Below, piece by piece: positions 30,935-59,369 of a DNA stretch of 64,000 nucleotides (positions are counted from its first letter, which is position 1; each line of letters begins with the position of its first letter). Origin of the DNA: the human T2T-CHM13v2.0 reference genome, Homo sapiens. Both the position numbers and the translations under genes were made by a program. The notes under the pieces were generated by a model, which was not told the DNA's origin, did no database searches, and saw nothing but the letters and a program-made list of their open reading frames with translations. The DNA lies in assembly GCF_009914755.1 (NCBI RefSeq), contig NC_060926.1; one strand, written 5' to 3'.

Positions 30935-31901
30935 TATGCATAAATCCTGAGGGTAAGCAGAAAAGGGCGAATTGAGGAAGTCGGGTTCCAGGACTTGAGG
31001 AATGACTTGATAGGTGCATGAGGGAGAGTAAGCTGTCTGGGATGACCCCGCAGGTTTCTAAGGTGGTGATTAATTGCTGGTGATGACATTCACTGGGATA
31101 ATGAATACAGGAGCCAGAAGCATATTCTAAGGAAAGGTTGTGGACAAGCAGAATTTAGATGCCTCTGCATCAGCCACAGGAATGTGGAGTCTGAAGTCGG
31201 AGCAGAGGCAAAGGTTAGCTGGCTTTCTAAAACACAAATCTGGTCAGGTTACTGTCGCTTAAAACCCTCTAATGGCTTCCTGTCATCCAAATAGAAAGTC
31301 CAGATTCCTCCTTCTGGTAAACAAGGGCCTGGCAACCTGTCCCTGCCAACCTCATTGTGCCACACCCCAACAGAAAAATCTGCTCCCCGGGCCTGCTCCA
31401 CGACTCAGAGTGCCCGGAATAAGCTCTGCCTTTGTTCTTGCTAGTCCCTGTGGCTGAAATGCCTTCCACCCATCCCTTTTTATGTCTGGAAAATTCCTAT
31501 TCTTCTCAGGCTCCAACATCTCTGCTTTGAAGCCTTCGCTGACCCTGCCCAGCAGATGCGCTCACACCCTTCTTTGTGCTGTCCCTGAACATTTATGTGC
31601 CTGTTTCACTGCCTCATCACTCCCTACTGAGGGGATCTGCCTGTCTGTAAATGCCTCAAGGCAGAGGCCATTTCTTAATTAACTTGGAATTACTGGCTCC
31701 TGGTGCACGTCTAGCATATAGTAGATGCTCATGAAATGTCTAAGGAATAAAGACCCTCCCTCTGGGGATAAACTGCGAGGCCAATCTGGAGGGAATGTTT
31801 CTTACTTCCCAGTATCATACAGCCCCTCTCTCTTGACAGCTAAGGAGCTACATGAGGCCCCAGTGCTGACCTCACCTTTCTTCTTGCTTTCCAGCTGGGG
31901 T

Positions 31902-32022
31902 ATGGCCGTCAATGTGTACTCCACATCTGTGACCAGTGAAAATCTGAGTCGCCATGATATGCTTGCATGGGTCAACGACTCCCTGCACCTCAACTATACC
32001 AAGATAGAACAGCTTTGTTCAG
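31902..32022 (+). CDS. MAPRE3: MAPRE3 first coding exon (exon starts 31895, ATG 31902)
   Basis: Acceptor ttcttgctttccag|ctgggg; MAVNVY...EQLCS; donor CAG|GTAGGA. Confidence 0.97.
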
Positions 32023-35000
32023 GTAGGAGGCTGGGAATATGGGAAGTGGCCCTGCTGGAAGGAAAGGAAAGAAAGGTCGGAAGGCAGAGCAGCCACAACA
32101 GGGAATATACAGTCATGCATGGCTGAATGACTGATGTGGCCAGAGAAATGCATCCTTAGGCGATGTTGTTGTTGTGTGAACATCACAGAGTGTATTTACA
32201 CAAACCTGGATGGTGTAGCCTACTACACACCTCGGCTATATGGTATAGCCTACTACTCCTAGGCTAAAAACATGGACAGCATGTTTCTGTACTAAATACT
32301 GCAGACAGTTTTAACACATGGTAAGTATTTGCACATCTAAACATACCTAAACATAGAAAAGGTGATAATAAAATAAAAACATGGTATTATAATCCTGTAG
32401 GACCACCATCATATATGTGGTTCATCGTTGACCAAACCATCGTTATGCAGCCCATAGCTGTAGCTTGTGATTAGATTAAGGAGGAGAGCTGGAGGCCCTG
32501 AACTAGTCAGACTGTCTGGAGCTGAAGTCAAGAAATGGAAGCAGGGAAAGAGAAGAGCAGGAGAGGCACCATGAAGGACTGCAGGGAAAGGAGGAGCGGG
32601 GAGCTGAGAGCCAGGATGGCAGCAGAGCCACAGGTCTGACCACACCTCTCTGGGTCCAGCTCTCAGCTCTTCTGGTGGTGCAACCTTGGGCAAGTCACTA
32701 TACTGCCCTAGGCCTCAGTTTTCTCATCCATAAGATGGAGATAGTATCACCAACTAACTAGAGTTCCTGTTGGGATTGCCCTACCTACATGCAGTGTTTG
32801 GTGTGGTGCTGGTTCATAATACGCATCAATAAATAGTCATTGCTTTTATTCTTGGAAAGCTGGGGGGATTCTGGCCATGTCTATCCTGAAAGTAGGACTG
32901 GTCCCTGGCCCAGAACAAGGAGAGAGAAGAGGAGACGGGGTTTGGGGAAGTGAGAGAGAGCAGCTCACAGAAGGAGAGCAGCAAGACCCCTCAGCCAGCC
33001 ATCCTTCTCCACAGGGGCAGCCTACTGCCAGTTCATGGACATGCTCTTCCCCGGCTGTGTGCACTTGAGGAAAGTGAAGTTCCAGGCCAAACTAGAGCAT
33101 GAATACATCCACAACTTCAAGGTGCTGCAAGCAGCTTTCAAGAAGATGGGTGTTGACAAAGTAGGTGCCTGCGCTCTGGGGGGCCCTGAGGAGCAGTGTG
33201 ACCCTGGGGAAGAAGAGGACCCACCAGCCCAGGCAACTGGGGCTGCTGGGGTCATTCCGGTGCTCGTGCCTCCCTCCACCTCCCGACTCTCCAGAGGGAA
33301 TTTTCCCCCTGCTCAAGGCACAATGGAAAAGCCCACAACACTTGCCATGCCATCATGACAACATTCCTTTCCCTTCCTCCTCTCTGGACCCTGCCCACCC
33401 CAACACTGAGCTCTGTGCACCGCTCCTGTGAAGTTCCACCTCTCTCTGTCTCTGTAGGGCCCAAGAAAGTGTCTCTGCTCACTCTACTGCCTCGGTGGCT
33501 GCAGACCCCCAGCCCACACGCAGGCAGTAGAGCCAAGGGACGCCTCCCCACACAGTTCTTCCACACGGTGCCTGTAGAGAAGGGATGCCTCTGGATCTGA
33601 CACTAGGGCCTACCAGCCTACCTGTCTGCTCTGGTGCCGTGGGAGGGGGGCAAGTGGAGAAGGTGGAGGACGCTGCAGCCCAGGGGCTGGCTTTCCTGAG
33701 AGCAGTGGCCCTCAGCAGAGGAAGGCGGTCCTACAGCAGCAGGTGGCTAAAGTACTCTGCTTATGTGGTCTATTTCAGATCATTCCTGTAGAGAAATTAG
33801 TGAAAGGAAAATTCCAAGATAATTTTGAGTTTATTCAGTGGTTTAAGAAATTCTTTGACGCAAACTATGATGGAAAGGATTACAACCCTCTGCTGGCGCG
33901 GCAGGGCCAGGACGTAGCGCCACCTCCTAACCCAGGTGATCAGATCTTCAACAAATCCAAGAAACTCATTGGCACAGCAGGTAACGTGCCCGAGCCGGGG
34001 GAGGGAGCGTGGGGGGCCGGGCCGGCAGGCCTCTATAGCCAGGAGTGCCCCCTGGGCCACGGCCCGGCCCTGCCAGCCTGGAGGAGACTTGTTATCACGG
34101 AGTTCGGATGACGCCGCCTGCTGGCCAGTTAGACCGGGGGAGTGAAAGTAGTGGGTGAGAGAGCTCCACAAATTGGTCTAAGAGGAGAGCCACCAGCACC
34201 AGCCATGGTGGCAACTGGGGTAGGAGGCCCAAGGCACTTTGTTTCATAGCACGAGCTAACTTGTTTGCCTCAAGATGATGGGGCAGCAAGGTGGCTTGGT
34301 TTCTCCATCCAGGTGCATCCAGACCAAGAGCCTGGTGCCAGCACCACAGCCCCTTCTTGCCCCCTGCCCCCTGGATGGCCAGGGGCAGGAGTTGCCAAGC
34401 TGGATCACACCTTTCCCCACTCTAAAGGCCCAATAGTCCTAAGTCCTCAAAAGATGAGTCTCTAGAAACGAGGCTTTGTCTGGGTCCTGGAGGGGAAGGG
34501 AGAAAAGCAATAGGGCCTTTGGGAAGCAGCAGCGTTGGGAGGGGAAGGGAGAGGAGCAGCCCCAGCCCGCGTCGGACCCCGTCATAGCAGAGCCACCTCC
34601 TCTGTCTGCACTGCTGTTCTGCCTGGGCCTGCCCCACTCGCCCGCCCGCTTGCTTTGCACTAGAAGCAGCCCGCTCTGTCTAGGGAGGTGCAGTCGCTAG
34701 TGAGCAAGTCGCCACGGCATGCTGGCTGCGCTGGGGAGGAGCTGGGGTCCCTGATTTGGCCACCACTGTGCAGATACCTGGTCCAGCCCAGCAGAGGGCA
34801 AAAGAGCCCATCCTGACACAGGGCCCCTGGAGGGGCAGCCACCCAGGGACAATGGCTTTGGGCTGGGGCTTCTGTTAGGAAAGACCCTGTGCCAGCTGCC
34901 TTTCCTCTAGCTATGAGTACGAGAGGGTCCCGCACCCTTCCAACTCTACTTCCCCAAATTTGCGTCCTAATTTCTCTCCTCTATCCCTCAGGCCAGCTCT

Positions 35001-36031
35001 CTCCCTGCCCCAACACCTCACACCTTGTTTAGTTCCCTATAGTTTCTGCTCTCCCGGGCTCGCCAAAGGGCTGCCCAGCTGCTGGAGTGTCCATGTGGCC
35101 AAGACTCGGGGCCTAGCTGTAGATGCCCTTCCTGGGGTGGGGGCAGGGGGGTGAGAGTGCCTGCCTGTCGCATGGGCCTGCCCCCGCAGTCCTCACACCA
35201 GGCTGTCTCCTGCCACGTGCGCTGTGGGCTCACGTGGACTTACCTGACTCTTTTCCTCTGGGCAGTTCCACAGAGGACGTCCCCCACAGGCCCAAAAAAC
35301 ATGCAGACCTCTGGCCGGCTGAGCAATGTGGCCCCCCCCTGCATTCTCCGGAAGAATCCTCCATCAGCCCGAAATGGCGGCCATGAGACTGATGCCCAAA
35401 TTCTTGAACTCAACCAACAGGTGAGTGGGATGGGTAAGGGTAGCTGAGATAGCCCTGTCACCAAAGCCAGGCCCTTGGGGTGTCTGCAGGGACGAGAGGA
35501 GGGCAGGCAGGGGAACCTGAGGTGGGGACCTCTGGCTTGAACATCACTTTGTCCCCAAGCAGCTGGTGGACTTGAAGCTGACAGTGGATGGGCTGGAGAA
35601 GGAACGTGACTTCTACTTCAGCAAACTTCGTGACATCGAGCTCATCTGCCAGGAGCATGAAAGTGAAAACAGCCCTGTTATCTCAGGCATCATTGGCATC
35701 CTCTATGCCACAGAGGTGAGCACTCCCAGGCCCATTGGGCCCTCCCCAGTCTGGCCTGGCCCTAAGACCAGAAGCGCGATAGGGCCAGAAGGGACCGTGG
35801 AGAACATTTACTGATGAGAGAGAGGTGAAGTCACTAGCCCAGGGTCACCCATTAGCAGGGCTCCTGGACTCCTGACCCCTTGCTCTTCAGCTACTTACAG
35901 AACCTGAGAAGCCCTGCCTGGCCTGCCTGGCCCACCACTTTCCTCTCTCTCCCACCCTCCAGGAAGGATTCGCACCCCCTGAGGACGATGAGATTGAAGA
36001 GCATCAACAAGAAGACCAGGACGAGTACTGA
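31902..36031 (+). CDS. MAPRE3: Microtubule-associated protein RP/EB family member 3 (EB3), complete spliced CDS, 281 aa
   Basis: join(31902-32022,33015-33160,33779-33980,35266-35420,35563-35715,35963-36031) = 846 nt, all GT-AG and in frame. N-terminal CH domain ([25 protein letters not shown]...), linker containing RLS176, EBH domain ([16 protein letters not shown]) and acidic tail ending QDEY. Confidence 0.98.
32110..32460 (-). mobile_element. Tigger3a (MER7A)-like element in a MAPRE3 intron
   Basis: TA|CAGTCATGC...CATAGCTG|TA with TA duplication. Confidence 0.85.
33015..33160 (+). CDS. MAPRE3: MAPRE3 coding exon 2
   Basis: ctccacag|GG; [14 protein letters not shown]...KKMGVDK; donor AAA|GTAGGT. 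Confidence 0.97.
33779..33980 (+). CDS. MAPRE3: MAPRE3 coding exon 3 (internal alternative donor after 33935)
   Basis: tatttcag|ATC; [30 protein letters not shown]...IGTA; donor CAG|GTAACG. Confidence 0.97.
35266..35420 (+). CDS. MAPRE3: MAPRE3 coding exon 4
   Basis: ttttcctctgggcag|TT; [22 protein letters not shown]...LELNQQ; donor CAG|GTGAGT. Confidence 0.96.
35563..35715 (+). CDS. MAPRE3: MAPRE3 coding exon 5 (EBH domain)
   Basis: ccccaagcag|CTG; [30 protein letters not shown]...LYATE; donor GAG|GTGAGC. Confidence 0.96.
35963..36031 (+). CDS. MAPRE3: MAPRE3 last coding exon
   Basis: cccaccctccag|GAA; [22 protein letters not shown] then TGA at 36029-36031. Confidence 0.97.
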   Translation, partial: EGFAPPEDDEIEEHQQEDQDEY

Positions 36032-36856
36032 GGGCGGCCGCAGCCCTGGCTGACTGCACGGCTTCCCCGTGCCTCCCTCCCTGCTCCACTCCCACATTAT
36101 AGTCCTTTCCTAACACGGTCGGCCGGGTGCTTTGTGTCAGTGCTGCAGCACTGGGGAGCCAGGCGAGGGGGGCTTGGGGGCATGGGGCCGGAAAGCAGGC
36201 AGAAGCCCGTCCTGGGTGGTGCTGGCCCAGTTGGTGGGACCCCTGTCCACACCCACCCTATTTATTTCCGTTGTCTCTCTGCTGTGTCGCCCAACACTTC
36301 CCAGGGTGCTGCTGCCACCCGCCCCAGCCAGCCACCTGCTCCTGACAGCCAGCAGCTGTGTATTTGACAAAGTCATTGGTATATTTTTACTTACTGGATT
36401 CTCCTTGCACTTTACCTGTTCTTTTCCAGAGCTGACAGCACGGGCTCCGGCGCAGTGTGCCTGGCTTGGCTTCCCTTCCCCATGGCTGGGGGCTGGGGTA
36501 GGACTCACCCATTCTAATTTATTTTGTCTTTTGGCTTCTCAGTAGCTAAGGGGAAGGCTGATGTCAGGAGAGGGAGAGGGGGCTGAGGAGGTAGTGCTGT
36601 AGGCCCAGGGGGTCAGGGAAAGGGAGGGGGGCATGTGAGGGATGGAAATGACCTCCTGGCACCAGGCTCACCCACCCAAGGCCCCCTGCCCCAGCACTGA
36701 ATCCCAGCGCTGCCCTGAGGCCCCCAGCCACTCCCTCCAGCAGCCTGGTTCACCACACAAACTCTGCCTGGACCCCATTGTCTGTCTGCTTCCCACCTGC
36801 CCTCCCCACCCCCTGCCCCTCGGGCACCAGCCTGCATATGTGTTCACTTTTATTTA

Positions 36857-36862
36857 AATAAA
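36857..36862 (+). terminator. MAPRE3: MAPRE3 polyadenylation signal
   Basis: AATAAA about 830 nt after the stop, with a T-rich element upstream and GT-rich sequence downstream. Confidence 0.85.
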
Positions 36863-38080
36863 CTTGTGTGGTAAAAGTACATGCCATGTGTCCCTCAACT
36901 GAGCCACAGTCCAGGTCCAGTGCTTTCCACCTCCCATGCACCGCTCTCTCCGGAGGTGATAGCGGCAGCACAGCCTCACTGTCACCCTCCCACAGGCCTG
37001 GAAACCACCACCAGCTCTGGGCTCAGAGCCCAGCTCCAGCCTAGCCCCAATGCCCAACACTGGTGGTAGGGCTCTGAGGGCAGGTAGGGGCCCCAACCCC
37101 CCGTCACTGAGGAGGAACTAGGTCTGGGCCCGTGGCCATGACAAGGGACAGCCGGTGAAGCGGCTGTGGGGCACCGTGGTGGCCTGGCCAAGAGGTGCTT
37201 CGTTTCAGTCTCCTTTGGGTCAGGGGGACTGCATGTCATCCCCCACCTGTTGTCAAAGCTCATACAACTCATCATAGTGATTCAGCTGGGGACAAGGGCT
37301 CACGTGACAGAGAGAGCTGGGATGGCCACAAAGAGCAAGGAGTTCTGAGTGCTGAAGCCCGGGACAGCAACATCCAAGGGGTTCCTTCTGTAGAGCAGGC
37401 TCCAGTGGGAACAGGGAGTCAGGAACCCTTCCACATCACCTGCACAGCCCCAGTCCTGGCATGTGCCTAACAAAAGGCCATACTAACCGATGTCCCAGAA
37501 GCCCAGCAGAGACCAAGAGTGCAGAAATGAATGTGAGAGCCTTGGGGTCATCTAGACCAGCCCCGGGTTTACTGATGAGGGGTCAGAGGCCCACGTGCAT
37601 GACTCAATCACCGTGGCTGAAACCTGGACTAGAACTCACACTTCTTGACTTGAGGTTCAGGGCTCATCCCCAAAGACCACTGAGGTTCCCCCAGCTGCAG
37701 GACAGCGCTGGTTTCCTCACCACCCTGAGTATGGTCAACATGCAGATGGGGCCGTGTCTCTTCTGTGGCCCCACCCCATGGCCCCTTTTGAGACCACCAC
37801 CATTTCTCTCATGACACCAGGTTCAAGCCTTAAATAAGCAATTCATATCTGTTTATTCCTCAATCACCTCCACCACCCCTTTTGACTCCCCCCCCCACAT
37901 ACATAGACACTTCTGCCTTATTCTATCTCTGTTCTCCTCCAGCAAGTTCCTTGCCTGCTTTTACTTATCGTGATGATTTTAATTCCCTTGCCTAATTTTT
38001 AAAGGCTTTTCCCCATGATTACAGGTAGATACCATGAAAGGATAGGCCAGGCCGAGACCTCACCCTGAAGGTAAAGTGGG

Positions 38081-39202
<1,122 letters not shown>

Positions 39203-40170
39203 GTGGGTAAAACAGTGCTTCGGTGAGCTCACCCTTCTGCTTGCTCCCACACTAGACACCCATGTCCTCCTTGACCCAACATCTTTTGGGTCTTCAAACC
39301 CCACGGCGGGGCCTACCCAAGCCCACCTCCGTGGCTAGTGTCTAAGGCTGCTCTTCAAACACCCAGAACTTAAGGATGTAAAGCCACTCCCTTCTCCCCA
39401 CCTCTTCCTGGTACCTCATACTAAGTGCTTCTTTCCTCTGGAACACTAAGATGGTGAACTGTAATTTTCTGTTTATACATTTGTCCCCCACACAGACTTC
39501 AAGTTCCTTACAAGCAAGTGAGCTATATCTTCCAGCTCCACCTAGCACAGGGCCTGACACAGAGAAGGTGCTTAGAAAAGGTTGCTGGATAAGTAAATGC
39601 ATGATTTATATGTCCTAGATGCCAAGTTAGAACTGGTAACTTACTAGACTATTCCAATGAAAGATAGAGTCCCTCTCCCACCCTTCTGTGTGTCTCCACC
39701 ATGGGGCAGCCCCCTCATTTGCCTCAATGGAAAGCCAGTTCTGTTTCTCTTCCAAAAACATGGTCTCTTCTGTGATCATACATGTGACACAGGAGGGGTC
39801 AAACAAAGAGAAGATATTGTTGTTGGTCTCCTGAGTACACCTAAACCAATGATCTGCAAAATGAATTGATTAATGATCAGTTCAAATATGGTCCTTGGCA
39901 AAGGCACTGTATCTCAGAGCTACCGGATGCAAAGTCAGCCATGGTCAGGCCTAAGGGGGCTGGAGGACAGGTAGAAGGAGGCAGCAAGATATGCTCATCT
40001 CCCACCCCCTGCCTTCCCCTACCAACACTTCACACAGCCACATTTACCCTTCCAAAAGAGTGGATTATGCCACCCTCTCACTGGTCTCCCAGGGCCTGAA
40101 GGATAAAGTCCAGATTTGGCAGGCAAGTTCCTTGGCATATGGGCTCAGATCCCTTTCCAAACTCATAAGA

Positions 40171-40560
40171 GGCTATTGTTGCATTGCTATAAAGAAACAT
40201 CTAGACTGGGTAATTTATAAGAAAAGAAGTTTAATTGGCTCACAGTTCTGCAGACTGTATAGGAAGCATAATGCTGACATCTGCTTCTAGGGAAGCCTCA
40301 GGAAGCTTACAATCATGGCGGAAGGCAAAGGGGGAGCAGGCACATCACATGGTAAAAGCAGGAGCGAGCAAGCGAGCGAGAGAGAGAGGTGGTGGGGAGG
40401 TGCCACACACTTTTAAATGACCAGATCTCATGAGAACTGGGATCCACCATGAGGGATCCACCACCATGATCCAAACACTTCCCACCAGGCCCAACTGCCA
40501 GCGCTGGGGATTACAATTCAACATGAGACTTGGGCAGGGACAAAAATCCAAACTATATCA
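40171..40560 (-). mobile_element. MSTA/MSTB MaLR LTR
   Basis: ACTGGGTAATTTATAAGAAAAGAAGTTTAATTGGCTCACAGTTCTGCAG...ATCCAAACTATATCA. Confidence 0.88.
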
Positions 40561-40710
40561 AACCTCATCACCTCCAAAGTCCCATCAAGCACTGTCCCAT
40601 TGAACTGCTTCCAGTTTACCACCCTCTAGGCCTTTGTTTTACATCAACAGATCCACACAACTGGCATTTTCTCTCCACCCACCCTAACCCTCAGCCAGTG
40701 AACATTCAAT

Positions 40711-42360
<1,650 letters not shown>

Positions 42361-42563
42361 TCAATTGATCAATAAAGGAAAGAAAAACAGAAACAGTTCT
42401 ACCAAGTCTCTCAATGCCGTGGCCTTCACATCGACGCTCAATGAACGTTCTCAGAAGGGAATCTCCTCTCCTCCCGGCCTCTTCGCCTGGGCGGGGGCCG
42501 CAGGCTGCCGCGGAAGCCTCTTCCCGATGCTCTTCGCTCAGGAGAGCCCGGCCCAGGAGAGGG

Positions 42564-42583
42564 ACTACAAGTCCCAGGCTGCC
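42564..42583 (+). promoter_or_regulatory. ZNF143/THAP11-type ACTACAnnTCCCA motif
   Basis: ACTACAAGTCCCAGGCTGCC about 135 nt upstream of the TMEM214 ATG. Confidence 0.75.
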
Positions 42584-42700
42584 TTGCGGCGGGCGCCGGG
42601 CGCCGGGCGCGCGGTCCTGCGAGGAGACGTGGCAGAGTGCGGCGCGCTCGCGCCGGACCGGAAAGCCGGGGAAGTGGCCGAGGAGGGAGGGCTGCGAGCC

Positions 42701-50519
<7,819 letters not shown>

Positions 50520-51350
50520 GCCCTGCCTTCCTGGCCACTGATTTCTGCATGGGTAGACCATCCAAGACTGCAGCGGGTAGAAGGTGGCAGTTCTTCATGG
50601 GAGTCTTTTTAACTTGGTGCCTGAGTTCTCTCCTAGGCAAGTGGCCAGTTGCCTCCACCTCAGTTCTTCCATCTTTGGTGGGGACAGGGCCCAGCAGCAT
50701 CTCAGCCTCCTACCCACAATTCCACTGAACACTTTTCTGGCCCTACTGCACATGGCCCCCAGCCTCCATCCTTGTGCTGGTAGCCTCTCACAACTCCGCC
50801 CTTGCCCTCTGCCTTCCACTTCCTTCCATCTCATTTCTAAACCCCAAACAGCTCATCTCTAAAAAGATAGAACTCCCAGCAGGTGGCTTCTGTGTTCTTC
50901 TGACAAATGATTCCTGCTTCTCCAGACTTTAGCAGCCTCCTGTTCCCATTCTTGGTCACAGCTCTAGCCACAGCAGAAGGAAAGGGGCTTCCAGAAGAAT
51001 ATAGCACCGCATTGGGAAACAGCAGCCTCACCTCCACCTGAAGCCTGGGTGTGGCTGTCAGTGGACATGGGGAGCTGGATGGAAATGCCTCTCACTTCAA
51101 AATGCCCAGCCTGCCCCAAATGCCTCTAAGCCCCTCCCTGTCCCCTCCCTTGTAGTCCTACTTCTTCCAACTTTCCATTCCCCATCATGCTGGGGGTCTT
51201 GGTCACAAGGCTCAGCTTCTCTCCACTGTCCATCCCTCCTATCATCTGTAGAGCAGAGCACAGGCAGTTGTGTGCCTTGGGCCCAGGGAACCCTCCATCA
51301 ACCTGAGACAGGACTCAGTATATGGTTCTTGGGTATGCCCTACCAGGTGG

Positions 51351-51356
51351 AATAAA
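51351..51356 (+). terminator. TMEM214: TMEM214 polyadenylation signal
   Basis: AATAAA about 830 nt after the stop, followed by T/GT-rich sequence. Confidence 0.82.
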
Positions 51357-53196
51357 GGACACAGATTTGATTTCTAGCATTCTTGTCTGCATCCTCATAT
51401 AGAAATTCCCCTAGTTATGGTTCAGAATAACAAAATCCTGGGCCCTTGCCCTCCTGAAGACTGTAGCCGTGGCTGTAATTAAGCTCCTGGTGGGGGAAGC
51501 CCACACACATGGTTCTAAAGTTTGACCTGGTGGGTGTTCTAGACACTTCTCTTGCTACCCTAATTATAGTGTCTGACTTGTCACTGTGATTCACGTCCCA
51601 GATTTGCCTTGATAGTTTTACGCTTAGAAAAGCAGGGGGCCGTCTCCTAGGGGAATTCTTGGCCAGTGACCAGGAGGTGTCCTTTCCTTGCCAGGACCTT
51701 CATTTTATAGAGCAGTGAGTGAAAGATTTAGAACTCCAAGGGACACATGAGTCCAAGGTTTATCACCGAAGCCCCTTTTTATTTTTGACTTGAGACTATA
51801 AGGAGTTAGATAACTCTGCTGGTTTCTTAGTTCTCAATTTTGTTTCCTTAAATGTTTCAAGTCAGCAGTACTAGAGATACGCTCTAGCAGTTCTCAAAGG
51901 CAGATTCAGCTTCCCTCATAAACTCCCATGACACTCAGCAGGTATGATGGCCAGTTATCACTTCCCCTCTCACACGGTGCCCTGAGACACTCCGCTTTTT
52001 CAGTGGTTCGAATATAAAGTAGCAGATGTAGGAAAGTATCGACCCAAAGTGAGGTCATGAATACAACAGCATCTCGTGTTCGCTACGTTTCCTCTGGAAT
52101 TAGCCCACAAGCAGACCCCTTGCTCTCCTAGTGGCAATTAACCATGACCATCTTCCTGGAGAAGAGAAACTACCTGGCAAAGGGCCAAAGTCTTAGGACT
52201 GCTGGGCAGGAGAACTGGCCTGTGTTCAAGGTGAGTTGGAGAAAGGTGGCAGTTGTGAGAATGGGTTGACAATGGCACAGGGAGGACAAGTTCGGTGATA
52301 ACTGTTGTAGAAGTCCAAGGCTGCATCCAGCGAACCAAGGATGCCACAAGTGCTGTGTTGGCTTCTAATGTGTGACTATATTTACCTTGCTGGGTTCATT
52401 TAACTTCTGACACTAAAATCCTGGGGAGCAACATTTTTCATCAACTTAGATTAATTGTGGTCTCTACTTACAGGAACACTGACAGCTTAATTGACTTTAT
52501 TCGATAGATACAGTTTTTTGACCCAATGTTGAAATTGTCGGAAATTTTTCCTGTGTGGTGGACTAGTCCAATACGCACCTGCTCTGCATTAAAGCAAAAC
52601 CAGATGTCCAGACATTTCATTTTTGCAGAGCTGTCAACAAACAGGAGTCCAAGCGGGGCCAGTAAATTGAACCAGCATAGGACAGTGATGCTGACAGGTG
52701 GGGCAGTCACACTGTAACTATTGCTGTTATTGGAAGAACCAAAAGGAGCTGACACCTCAGAGAGTCACACATCTGGACAGTAACTCCACACAGCTGAAGT
52801 TCAACCGATAACACACCATAAAGCTGAAGGGCAGTTATGAGTATGTTTATCTCTTACTAACTTTATTACCAGTTCTTTTGTGGACTTGAAAATAATATGC
52901 ATGACTCACTTTGAAACATCCTTTCGTTTTCCTAAGTCTCCAGCAGATTTCTGGATTTCTCTGGTTATTTGTATCCAATCCACACTTCAGTTCTAGAGCA
53001 GGGCAGCTTGATGGGTAGCCTGACTTACTACGATGGATGTCACTAGGCAGATAGTGTTGCTGAGCTCATGCCTGCTACATTGTCAGTCCATTCACAAAAT
53101 GCCACCACCATAAAGAGGGCGGGTTGTTTCCCACAGAGCCAGGCACACCTGCCCTGCCCTGTTACAGAATGACCCAGTGTCAATTACACAGGCATT

Positions 53197-59081
<5,885 letters not shown>

Positions 59082-59369
59082 TGAATGTGATTTTTTGATA
59101 TTGAATAATAAAAGCTATGCAGATCTTCTATATTCTTCTATCTAAATGTTGACACAACTTTATATCTAGAAACTTCGGATTTAAAGCTCAGCCCGAGAGA
59201 ACCCATCAAATGTTGGAGCTGCAAGGGGCTAGAAAGCATCACCAGACCTGGATTCGCGGGCGATGTTGGCTCAAGGTAGCACAGGACGTTGGCCCAGAGC
59301 TGGAAATTGAGGCCAGGTCTTCCGGCACACCCACCCCACAGGACGACCAAGCAGGGCTTCACAGAGGAG

